Position numbers and translations under genes: made by a program. A DNA stretch of 64,000 bases from a virus. Shown in pieces: positions 44,923 to 53,400 of this stretch (the stretch's first letter is position 1; the number at the start of each line of letters is the position of its first letter). The DNA lies in the IMG/VR virus record IMGVR_UViG_3300017917_002765, positions 72,576-136,575 of that record. One strand, written 5' to 3'. The notes below the pieces were generated by a model. It was not told where the DNA came from. It saw nothing but the letters and a program-made list of their open reading frames with translations, and ran no database searches.

Positions 44923-47427
44923 TTATTCACCTTCTAAGGCTTCTCGTCTAGCTTTTGAAGCTATAAATACTTCTGCTGCCCTATTAACACCAGCCCTTTC
45001 AACATCTTCACGGTGTTCTACACGTGTTCTACCAACCTTATTTTGATTCATGTCAATTTGTATTTTTGCATTATCAAAAATAATGTCTTCGAATATGATA
45101 CCGTCCTTACCGAAACGTGATTTAAGAATAGCCATCGTAGCGGTTCCAGCATCTTTTTGGTCAAGATTCTTTGCTATAGACACAATAAAGTGACCTATTT
45201 GACCTTTCTTGATTGAACCACCCATTTGGTCAGCTTCTACTACGTTTGCTTTTATAGAACTTCTGTTACCTTGCACGGCTGTCCATCCAGCTACATCTAA
45301 CTCAGCTAACATTGATTCAAATTGACGCATTACACTACCTTCACCAGAGAATATGTCATCATATTGTCTAGATGGTTGTACACAATCAATGTAGTCTAAT
45401 AGAACAATATCTGGTCTAAAACCTTCAGCAATTTTTTTTCTGATGTATTGTCTAATCATAGGCATAGTAGTTCCATCACTAGGAAACTTTTTAAGCTTTA
45501 AGATACCTCCACCAGATTTTGATTCTAATTCTTTTTTAACACACATATCAATAATCTCATCCTTATGTAATGCAAGACTATTAAGGTCAATTCCAGACCA
45601 ACAAGCTAAGTGTTTTCTCTGGATAACTTTTGGGTTGTCCTCAAAGAATATTTGTAAAACATTGTGACCATCGTTTACAGCAGTGTTAGCAAGCTTGGTA
45701 ATCATGGTGGTATTATGCGTTACAATATAATCATCAGTAACGTATAAATGTTCTGGGTTATCAACCATAATACATTTAGCATCCTCTTCACCAAAATATT
45801 CAATAGATTCTATAAATTTATTTTCAGAATATTTTGTTCTAGGTTTAAATTTATTTAGTTTTCTAGCTAATCTACTTGGAACAACACCATTATCTGGAAA
45901 ACTGAAAGTAATTCGATAATATGTTTTACAAAATGTATCACCATACTTACCAATTTGTTCAGTTATTGACACCCTACCACCTAATGATAGAATTAATTCT
46001 CTAATACCAATTGATAAATTTTTAGAAACCGTGGATATCTCAAGCCTATGTCCGTCAACATACCCATCAGTGTCAACTAATCCTTGTAATAAACTAACCC
46101 TATCAGACACTGATGAGTAAAGATAATCTGTTGGTATGAATTTAGAGGTGGAATTACTACCATACAAATTAAGCTTAACCAATGAGTCTTTAATACCCAA
46201 TAACGAAACCTTAATTAATGAGCGTTTGATTAATACTAATTCACCATCAACGTCTTTTTCAATATTTCTATTTTGTTCACTAATTGAAATATTCTTATAA
46301 ACTTTATTAACTTCAGAAATGATTTCATTATCTTTAGTAACAAAATGTGGTTGATTTGACGTTGTTATACAACCATCACCAAGAATTACACCTAATAAAT
46401 ATGGGTCAATTATTAACTCTTTTTTGTTGAATTCAACTGGTGATACGATAGGAATTTTATAATTTAACCTTTTACCATTCCAAACCTTAACATTATTAAC
46501 CATATCAATAGTTTTCATCACTTTAAAAGAGTTGTCTGATTCTAAATAAATAATCTTACCATCTTTTTTAGTTTTCCTATTTCTTTGGTTAATAGTGTTA
46601 ACACTCCATAAATGTTCAGCGTCACACAATGTTTCTGTACCATCATTTATTTTAACCTTATATATCGGCCTTTTACCTTGTGAGAAAACACCAATTACTT
46701 TTGTAGGCTTACCATCTCTACTAATAACATATTCACCAACATTAATTTCACCCATTGTTTTCCAACCATTTGGTGTTAATATTTTAGAAAACAATGGTTG
46801 AGCTTTACCAACACCAAATGGTGCAAGTATTACCGCCAATTCACCCTTAGATAAGCCACCGTCCATGACTTCATCCAAACCCTTGATACCAGTTCTTATT
46901 GGTTTCCTAAAATCATCAACCAACACATTATCAATATTATCAAAAATATCCATGCCATCATCTTTATTGTCACCATGTTCCAATGCTTTCCTTAAAATGG
47001 TTTCACATTGTTCATAATTTTCAATATCACCAACATCTATGATTTTTTGAATTTGTTTGATTGATTTTTTTAATTCTTGTTGTTTGCAAAATTTCATTGC
47101 GATGTCTTGAACTTTAAGACCATCATATGAACTAGCTTCTTGAATCTTGGCTAATTGCTTAATAATATATTTTCTTTGTATATCATCAGTCACGCTTTCA
47201 AACAATCTAAACTTAATACTTCCCATATCTGGGACAATATCATCTTTTTCTTTAGCTTCTTTTACAGTGGCAGCAATTACTCTTAGATAAGAATCGCTAA
47301 AATAATTTGGGTCGACTATATCTATAATAGCATTTGCGAATTTTCTATCTATTAACAGTTGAGCTATAAGACGAAATTCATAGTCTATACCCAAAAAAGC
47401 TAAATTATCTCTGTTTATCTTTGCCAT
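44923..47427 (-). CDS. dnaB: Replicative DNA helicase (DnaB / T4 gp41-like) containing an intein
   Basis: Walker A APFGVGK|T split by the intein; LLDYID; WTAVQGNR; ILKSRFG. Confidence 0.92.
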   Translation of the reverse strand: MAKINRDNLAFLGIDYEFRLIAQLLIDRKFANAIIDIVDPNYFSDSYLRVIAATVKEAKEKDDIVPDMGSIKFRLFESVTDDIQRKYIIKQLAKIQEASSYDGLKVQDIAMKFCKQQELKKSIKQIQKIIDVGDIENYEQCETILRKALEHGDNKDDGMDIFDNIDNVLVDDFRKPIRTGIKGLDEVMDGGLSKGELAVILAPFGVGKAQPLFSKILTPNGWKTMGEINVGEYVISRDGKPTKVIGVFSQGKRPIYKVKINDGTETLCDAEHLWSVNTINQRNRKTKKDGKIIYLESDNSFKVMKTIDMVNNVKVWNGKRLNYKIPIVSPVEFNKKELIIDPYLLGVILGDGCITTSNQPHFVTKDNEIISEVNKVYKNISISEQNRNIEKDVDGELVLIKRSLIKVSLLGIKDSLVKLNLYGSNSTSKFIPTDYLYSSVSDRVSLLQGLVDTDGYVDGHRLEISTVSKNLSIGIRELILSLGGRVSITEQIGKYGDTFCKTYYRITFSFPDNGVVPSRLARKLNKFKPRTKYSENKFIESIEYFGEEDAKCIMVDNPEHLYVTDDYIVTHNTTMITKLANTAVNDGHNVLQIFFEDNPKVIQRKHLACWSGIDLNSLALHKDEIIDMCVKKELESKSGGGILKLKKFPSDGTTMPMIRQYIRKKIAEGFRPDIVLLDYIDCVQPSRQYDDIFSGEGSVMRQFESMLAELDVAGWTAVQGNRSSIKANVVEADQMGGSIKKGQIGHFIVSIAKNLDQKDAGTATMAILKSRFGKDGIIFEDIIFDNAKIQIDMNQNKVGRTRVEHREDVERAGVNRAAEVFIASKARREALEGE
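45712..46803 (-). mobile_element. 364-aa class 3 (Ala-start) intein with LAGLIDADG homing endonuclease in the helicase P-loop
   Basis: Starts AQPLFSKILTPNGW and ends YVTDDYIVTHN|T. WCT triad: CDAEHLW, AKCIMV, VTHN. LAGLIDADG motifs LLGVILGDG and LLQGLVDTDG. Confidence 0.92.
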
Positions 47428-47458
47428 TATACTTTAATACTTTAATAACTATTTTATG

Positions 47459-47466
47459 ATAAATAT
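47459..47466 (-). promoter_or_regulatory. Putative ATATTTAT motif upstream of the helicase
   Basis: Intergenic copy of the recurrent motif. Confidence 0.45.
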
Positions 47467-47480
47467 AAGAAAGTGGTTGT

Positions 47481-47978
47481 TTAGACAACCACCTTCTCAT
47501 AATTTTCTCTACTTAAAAATTCCCTGATTTCAGATATAATTGATGGAATAACTTCCTTAATATCAACAGCATAACGAACTTTTGTTGGAAAAACATTACC
47601 AGAAAATTCACTTTTAGCCACAGATTTTTTATCAATTTTTATTTCAAATTGGAAATTATCAATTCTTTCTGGTGTGTTTTTAACAGGTGAATCAATATTT
47701 GTAACAAATGGGTTATAATAAGACCATAATAATTCTTGTGATTTCTTTTTCAAGAAATTAGGTATTATACCCATGCTACCTAATTGGCCATTATTCATGC
47801 CGCAAATAATATCCATAAGCTCTTTCATTTCATAAGACTTAACGGATTGTTCATTAAAATTGCGGATGTGGAAATACCTCTGACAAATAATGTGATTGTT
47901 GATGTAGAGGACGAATTCAAAACGTTGTTCTTCAATCTTTTTTTGGTCAAACGTATTTGATTTTGTTGTAGTTGTCAT
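47481..47978 (-). CDS. Hypothetical 165-aa protein
   Basis: ORF within the replication operon. Confidence 0.7.
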   Translation of the reverse strand: MTTTTKSNTFDQKKIEEQRFEFVLYINNHIICQRYFHIRNFNEQSVKSYEMKELMDIICGMNNGQLGSMGIIPNFLKKKSQELLWSYYNPFVTNIDSPVKNTPERIDNFQFEIKIDKKSVAKSEFSGNVFPTKVRYAVDIKEVIPSIISEIREFLSRENYEKVVV

Positions 47979-47996
47979 TTTTTTTTGTTTAAAATG

Positions 47997-49046
47997 TTAA
48001 AAAATATTTTCTCTGTCGATAAGTTTTTTAAATGGTAAAAGAAATTCTGCGAATCTAGTTTCACCAAGGGTCTTATCCAACCCATTTTTTTTCATCATAA
48101 TAAGAACATTCTTTAAATCACGCCCTGATGAATCCAACGTGTTTTCTTTTAGAAGTTCTAATTCACCTACCGCATCTTCTGTTATCATTGGCCGATGTAA
48201 ATTTACAAGTCTTTCATTAATCTCATAAATCTTTTCTTTTTGAACACCATCAGTAACTCTATTGATAATGTTATCCAAAATCTTAAGAGGTTTTTGTTTG
48301 GAAGATATGCGCTCTTCTTGTTGTTTTTTAGCTTTTTCTACGATTTCATCAATAGTTAATTTTTTTGTTTTAAGTTCAGGAAATAAAGATATTAATTTTG
48401 TCTCACCTAGACCTTTTATACCCTTGATACTATCACTAACATCACCAGTCATTGTCTTCATTAAAACGCAATTATCTTTGTGATAACAAAAATACGAAGA
48501 ATAGTTTGATAAATCAACATAAACCTTCAAATCTAAAAAATAAATTTTAATATCTTCAGAAAGCAATTGTAGAAAATCCCTATCAGTTGATACAATAGTT
48601 ATATTCTCATTTTCTTTTTTTGTTAAACAATAATAAGCAATAAAATCATCACTCTCAATCACTTCATGACTTATTTGTCTAACATACATATCATTTAGAT
48701 AGTTCCAAACCATCCTACGCTGCATTAGCTCGTTTATATCATCAGGTTGAGTACCATTAATGTAATCCTTGCCTCTGCCGCTTTTGTATGGCTCATAAAT
48801 CTCATAACGAAGCTTGCCACTAAAATTACCATCCCAGAAGACATATACCCTATGATATATGTCTTCCGTTAATATCTTTCTTAGGATGGTTAAAAATGAA
48901 TACAAACCACCAATATGTTCACCATGATGATTGTATTCATTTTTGGCACCGAAATACCCCATTTTAAACAGAGCATTTCCATCTACCAAAAGTGTGTTTT
49001 GTTTTTTTATTATTTTTTCACCGTTTTTTGGTGGTCTTTTATTCAC
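47997..49046 (-). CDS. 5'-3' exonuclease / flap endonuclease (T4 RNase H / PolI N-terminal-like)
   Basis: LLVDGN, VFWDG, RYEIYEPYKSGR, ESDDFIA, STDRDFLQL, GDVSDSIKGIKGLG. Confidence 0.92.
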   Translation of the reverse strand: MNKRPPKNGEKIIKKQNTLLVDGNALFKMGYFGAKNEYNHHGEHIGGLYSFLTILRKILTEDIYHRVYVFWDGNFSGKLRYEIYEPYKSGRGKDYINGTQPDDINELMQRRMVWNYLNDMYVRQISHEVIESDDFIAYYCLTKKENENITIVSTDRDFLQLLSEDIKIYFLDLKVYVDLSNYSSYFCYHKDNCVLMKTMTGDVSDSIKGIKGLGETKLISLFPELKTKKLTIDEIVEKAKKQQEERISSKQKPLKILDNIINRVTDGVQKEKIYEINERLVNLHRPMITEDAVGELELLKENTLDSSGRDLKNVLIMMKKNGLDKTLGETRFAEFLLPFKKLIDRENIF

Positions 49047-49074
49047 AAATTTAATTTAAAAGGTTAACAAATAA

Positions 49075-50172
49075 TTAAGCCATCATATCTTCTTTGCTTA
49101 ATCCAATTTCTTCTTTCTCAATTAAAAAATCATCATATTCAGTGTTCAAGTGTTGTTTGATGAAATCTTTGTGTTCTTCTTTGTAATCATTGATTTTGTC
49201 TGGATTCCAATATCCGTGTGGAGTTGACGCAATCTTACCCTTCTGTTCGATACCGTTAACTTGGTTCTTTTCACACCTGATTCTTGTCTCAACACCAAAT
49301 TGAAACTCTTCACCATTTAATGTAGCTTTAAGCTTTTCAGTGCTATGTGTAAGAATTCCTCCAAAGTGGAAGATAAGTCTTGGTGAATAAAAGAATGCTT
49401 CACCACCCTTATGTTTGATGACTTTGTTTTCGTTATCCAACCATATTTGTTGTACAACAGCAAATGTAGCTGTGTATGGAGCATCTTCTCTTCTTGATGC
49501 TGGGATACGATAGTTGATAAGAGATTTGAAACATGTTGACAATGCACCAGCAGTCCACTGGTTATTGGTTGTTTTTGATGTTGCACCCTTAAAGCAGTTG
49601 ATTGAACCAACAGAATCCCAGAAGAAACAAACGTTTCTTGGTAATTTACCTTCTTGTTGTGCATCTAAAATAGTATGCATATGGAATGATACGTCTTCAA
49701 CCACTGGTTCATATCTTAGTGGTTTGGTAGTCATTTTGCTGTGTTGGTGGTCGTAGTTAGCGTACATCCTTACTAAGTCTGGACCCTGTAAGAAAATGAA
49801 GTCTCCACGATAATTTACCTCACCAGTTTCTTCATCAACATATTCTTCAAATTGAACACCAACATTTTTTGCATGTTCCCAATTCCAGTTACCTTCTGTT
49901 TCATAGATTACTGGTAGGATACCTAATTTTTGACACCCAGCAACTCCTTCATATATCGCAGTTGATTTACCCGTGTTTGAATAACCACGGAATGATGTGA
50001 AATAACCAACTGGAATTCCTGGAACCTTAACAGCATCATGGAACGCTTCTGATAAAGGAATCCATGATAATTCTTTTTCCTTAACTGTGAATGTAAGGCC
50101 TTGTGATTTTTTAAAATCTTCTAAATCAAATTCTTTTTTTTCAATAGGTTGTTTACTTGGTTTCTTTCCCAT
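49075..50172 (-). CDS. uvsX: RecA/UvsX-like recombinase
   Basis: GIPVG, Walker A GYSNTGKST, YETE, Walker B FFWDSVG, GGEA, KNQV. Confidence 0.85.
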   Translation of the reverse strand: MGKKPSKQPIEKKEFDLEDFKKSQGLTFTVKEKELSWIPLSEAFHDAVKVPGIPVGYFTSFRGYSNTGKSTAIYEGVAGCQKLGILPVIYETEGNWNWEHAKNVGVQFEEYVDEETGEVNYRGDFIFLQGPDLVRMYANYDHQHSKMTTKPLRYEPVVEDVSFHMHTILDAQQEGKLPRNVCFFWDSVGSINCFKGATSKTTNNQWTAGALSTCFKSLINYRIPASRREDAPYTATFAVVQQIWLDNENKVIKHKGGEAFFYSPRLIFHFGGILTHSTEKLKATLNGEEFQFGVETRIRCEKNQVNGIEQKGKIASTPHGYWNPDKINDYKEEHKDFIKQHLNTEYDDFLIEKEEIGLSKEDMMA

Positions 50173-50204
50173 TTTTTAATATTCTTAATGTATTGTTATT
50201 CTAG

Positions 50205-50238
50205 AATAAAAATGGGCGATTCCTCACCCATTCTTATT
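50205..50238 (-). terminator. Intrinsic terminator after the SSB gene
   Basis: Minus strand ATGGGTGA-GGAA-TCGCCCAT followed by TTTTATT (GNRA loop). Confidence 0.7.
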
Positions 50239-50263
50239 TTTTATGAAACACTAAATCACTATT

Positions 50264-51160
50264 TTAGAATGGGAGGTCATCAGTTTCCTCTTCTTCGATA
50301 GTTACACTTGGTGCAGAAGTAGCTGTTTGAATCTTAGCCTTTACCGTTTCAACACCCATAGTCAATTCAGACTCAAGATTACTAGCTTCTCCTTCGTTAC
50401 TAGATAAAGAAGCTTTGTCAACAAATGTCTTCTTTTCTTTGTCCCATACTGGCGAACCACCTTTAACGATGATTTCCAAGTAGTCATAAGTCTTAACAGC
50501 ATAAACATCTTCCCATGTTCTTGTATCACTCAACCAAGTATTTGATTGTTCAGCGTCTTCAGAAAGAACTGATGGGTCCAAAGATGCCACAGCTGATACA
50601 ACTGGAACACCGTTTTGGTTTCTGTTAATTGTGAGCAACAAATCACGACCATTTTCAGGGTTAGTAACATCTTTCTTAATAGCGTTCAACACACCGATAA
50701 TTTTGTCGTAAATACCCTCTTTACGATAGTCATGGTTAAATCTCCAGAATTTAACACCGTCAGCCTCATTTTCTCTGTCGATAATCTTTACAACGTACAT
50801 AAGCTTAGCGTTGTACTTCTTAGCCAATTCTTTGTCTGATTCTTTACCAGTAGACAATAAAGCTTCACGAGCCTCACAGAACGGACATGCTTCACCCTTC
50901 TCATGCTTCAAGCAAGCAAATGTTTTCCATTCACCATCAACTTGAACTTTGTGACCATACATTTCAACAAATGGACTTGAACCATCTGTAGTAGGTAGGA
51001 TTCTGATTTGTTTTGTGGCTGACTTAACACCCTCTTTAATGTAGGTATTAAAGTAGTTTTTAAGGTCATAAACCTTTTCACTTTTCTTTTCGTACTTAGG
51101 CTTGTTGTTGCTTTCGTACTGTTCTAGCATTGCGGCTAGTGCGTTCTTTTTTTCACTCAT
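50264..51160 (-). CDS. Single-stranded DNA-binding protein (T4 gp32-like)
   Basis: IRILP, H...CLKHEKGEACPFC zinc site, GRDLLL, acidic tail ending DDLPF. Confidence 0.88.
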   Translation of the reverse strand: MSEKKNALAAMLEQYESNNKPKYEKKSEKVYDLKNYFNTYIKEGVKSATKQIRILPTTDGSSPFVEMYGHKVQVDGEWKTFACLKHEKGEACPFCEAREALLSTGKESDKELAKKYNAKLMYVVKIIDRENEADGVKFWRFNHDYRKEGIYDKIIGVLNAIKKDVTNPENGRDLLLTINRNQNGVPVVSAVASLDPSVLSEDAEQSNTWLSDTRTWEDVYAVKTYDYLEIIVKGGSPVWDKEKKTFVDKASLSSNEGEASNLESELTMGVETVKAKIQTATSAPSVTIEEEETDDLPF

Positions 51161-51216
51161 TTTGTTTTTGTTTTTGTTCTATATATGTATTGTTATTTTA
51201 CTTGCTTTTGTTTCTA

Positions 51217-51310
51217 CAAATATACTAAAAAATACAAGAAAGTCAAGCAAAAATAGCCATTATTTTCTTGTTGTTTTTGCAAAGATACTACTCTTTTTTG
51301 AATGATGCAA
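51217..51310 (-). promoter_or_regulatory. Two tandem Bacteroidota sigma-A promoters upstream of SSB
   Basis: TTG-N19-TATATTTG (51217-51246) and TTG-N20-TATCTTTG (51280-51310). Confidence 0.78.
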
Positions 51311-51329
51311 CTTGTAACTATAAAAAAAT

Positions 51330-51354
51330 AAAAAAGCCCCAATTTAGGGGCTTT
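51330..51354 (-). terminator. Intrinsic terminator
   Basis: aaaaaGCCCC-aattta-GGGGCtttt. Confidence 0.85.
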
Positions 51355-51356
51355 TA

Positions 51357-52109
51357 TTAGTAGTTTTCTTCTGTATAATCTTGTATTTCATCCTCTTCGT
51401 ATGGGTTATCTTTACTTGAAAAAGATTGTTTAATGTTTGCTTCACTATAACCAGCATCAACATCATCTTTTGTCAAAACATATTCTTTCTTTTTCTTTTC
51501 ACCCATTACATTATATGGACCCTCTTTATCAGCCCAATAATCTGTTAATTTTTGGTTAAAAGGATATGAACTAAGTGACCTCATTTCCAATCTTTCAACT
51601 GGTGTTGGATTTCTCTTCACAATTTCTTTTTCAAGGTCTTCAATTTTATTTGTAATAGCACTCATGTTACCAATACGAGATTCCAATTCATCAAATTTTT
51701 GCAATAATGCTTCAATACTCTTATTAGCCATATCAGCTGATTGCTTAGCATCTTCTGAACTCTTTACAAGTGAAGTAACATCAACCTCAACTTCATCAGA
51801 AGATGGTTCTTCCATAGGAGGCTCAGCATCAATTGGTTCTTCATCAGAAGCTGGTTCTTCCATTTCTGGTTCTGGAATATCCGCAGTGGTTTCTTCACCT
51901 GGAACATCAATACCCAAATCAGCCGAAATTTCATCAGCACCAGCAACATCTGCTGGTTCATCTTCTTCAGCTTCTTCTAAATCACCAAGGATAATATCTT
52001 TTTTAAAGGTAGGTGGTTCTTTTCTCTCTTGGTAAAAATCATATTCCAAAAGGGTTTTGAACCTATTTTGTTCTTCCTTTAACAATTCTGGATTAAATTT
52101 CTTTCTCAT
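51357..52109 (-). CDS. Acidic 250-aa protein; putative head scaffold/inner-head protein
   Basis: LLKEEQNRFKTLLEY motif, E/P/D-rich linker and coiled coil. Confidence 0.55.
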   Translation of the reverse strand: MRKKFNPELLKEEQNRFKTLLEYDFYQERKEPPTFKKDIILGDLEEAEEDEPADVAGADEISADLGIDVPGEETTADIPEPEMEEPASDEEPIDAEPPMEEPSSDEVEVDVTSLVKSSEDAKQSADMANKSIEALLQKFDELESRIGNMSAITNKIEDLEKEIVKRNPTPVERLEMRSLSSYPFNQKLTDYWADKEGPYNVMGEKKKKEYVLTKDDVDAGYSEANIKQSFSSKDNPYEEDEIQDYTEENY

Positions 52110-52110
52110 C

Positions 52111-52305
52111 TTAAAATAACAATTGTCTTCCGTCTTCAGTTATTATTTTTTTATTGATTCTTTCAACTAGGCTTTTATCACCCTTTATTACACAAACCCC
52201 AGATGTGCAATCCATTTCTTGGTTATTCTCTAACATAGCATTTAAAGCCTTATCCAATGCTTCTGCTTTTTTATCTTTTTTTTCAGTTGTTAATTTGTTT
52301 TCCAT
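52111..52305 (-). CDS. Hypothetical 64-aa protein
   Basis: ORF with CTSGVC; ATATTTAT at 52339-52346 upstream. Confidence 0.65.
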   Translation of the reverse strand: MENKLTTEKKDKKAEALDKALNAMLENNQEMDCTSGVCVIKGDKSLVERINKKIITEDGRQLLF

Positions 52306-52356
52306 AAAAAAAAATGTTTAGATAGTCGTTATCTACTAATAAATATCAGACTATCA

Positions 52357-52755
52357 TTAAAAAACCCTTTCTATGGGAAAAATACTAACATCATCATTAT
52401 TTATCAAAATAAACTTGTTTTGATATTCTGACCAATCAATCTTGACCGATTTATAATCAATGTTACCATTACCACCCATCTTTTTATCTATTAATTTATT
52501 AAGGGCATTTATAGTATAGAATGTAGTACCTTTTTTATGTATGGTTACAGCACTTGGAAATAAATCTTTAAGGTTAAGATATTTACCTTCTTGTACCACC
52601 AACTTGAACGTCATAATTAATTTGGATTCATCTTCCAAATTTTTATAACAAAATACTTTATCTTTTGTGATTGAGAATTTAGCCTCTAAGTAACTTATGA
52701 ACCAATCAACCCTCTCTGGGAATATGAATGATGCTAGAAGTATCGTTTTGTTCAT
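52357..52755 (-). CDS. Hypothetical 132-aa protein
   Basis: ORF on the coding strand (HKKGTTFYTINALN). Confidence 0.65.
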   Translation of the reverse strand: MNKTILLASFIFPERVDWFISYLEAKFSITKDKVFCYKNLEDESKLIMTFKLVVQEGKYLNLKDLFPSAVTIHKKGTTFYTINALNKLIDKKMGGNGNIDYKSVKIDWSEYQNKFILINNDDVSIFPIERVF

Positions 52756-53344
52756 TTTTTATAGAATACAAATATGGGATATACCTTACTTTATTGTTTA
52801 GTATATCAATGTAATTTTGGTATTCTATAAGTATCTGGTTTTCAGTCAAAAATGTATCTGATAAGTAATTAATTTTTTCTTTTATTTTGTTTTGGTTTAG
52901 ACCAACAAAAGATAATAATTTTAAATCAACACCAAAGATTATATTTTCACCATAAATGTATATCATATCTTTATGTTGATAAACAATTGGGTTTCTTAAT
53001 GAATATATTTTCTTAACTATCTTTTTTAGAGTTCTAGGTTTATATTGGATAGGGTCTACAAAAACATACACCAATTTATTGGTTAAATCTTCATAAACTT
53101 TTTTTATAAACCAATTCAAATCTTCTTCGTATTTATCTCTTTTTTCTGTCCTTTTAAATGTCCAGAATAAATTTGGTTCTATTTCTATATTTGTGATGTC
53201 AAAATCTGGATAATGTTTATTAACCAAATCATAACCAATGATTAATGTGGGTAAACCGTCAATAACGCTATTGATGGATTTTACCACATTAAACTCTTCT
53301 GGAACCTCAATTTTTGAAGATGAGACAATATTTGCTAAAATCAT
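52706..53344 (-). CDS. Hypothetical protein (~212 aa)
   Basis: Start reassigned to ATG 53344, directly after a sigma-A promoter. Confidence 0.65.
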   Translation of the reverse strand: MILANIVSSSKIEVPEEFNVVKSINSVIDGLPTLIIGYDLVNKHYPDFDITNIEIEPNLFWTFKRTEKRDKYEEDLNWFIKKVYEDLTNKLVYVFVDPIQYKPRTLKKIVKKIYSLRNPIVYQHKDMIYIYGENIIFGVDLKLLSFVGLNQNKIKEKINYLSDTFLTENQILIEYQNYIDILNNKVRYIPYLYSIKNEQNDTSSIIHIPREG

Positions 53345-53349
53345 ATCTG

Positions 53350-53380
53350 CAAAGATACAGAATAAAATTGTAATAACCAA
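53350..53380 (-). promoter_or_regulatory. Bacteroidota sigma-A promoter (TTG-N20-TATCTTTG), near-leaderless
   Basis: Consensus match ending 5 nt before ATG 53344. Confidence 0.78.
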
Positions 53381-53400
53381 CAATTAACTTTATTAATGTA

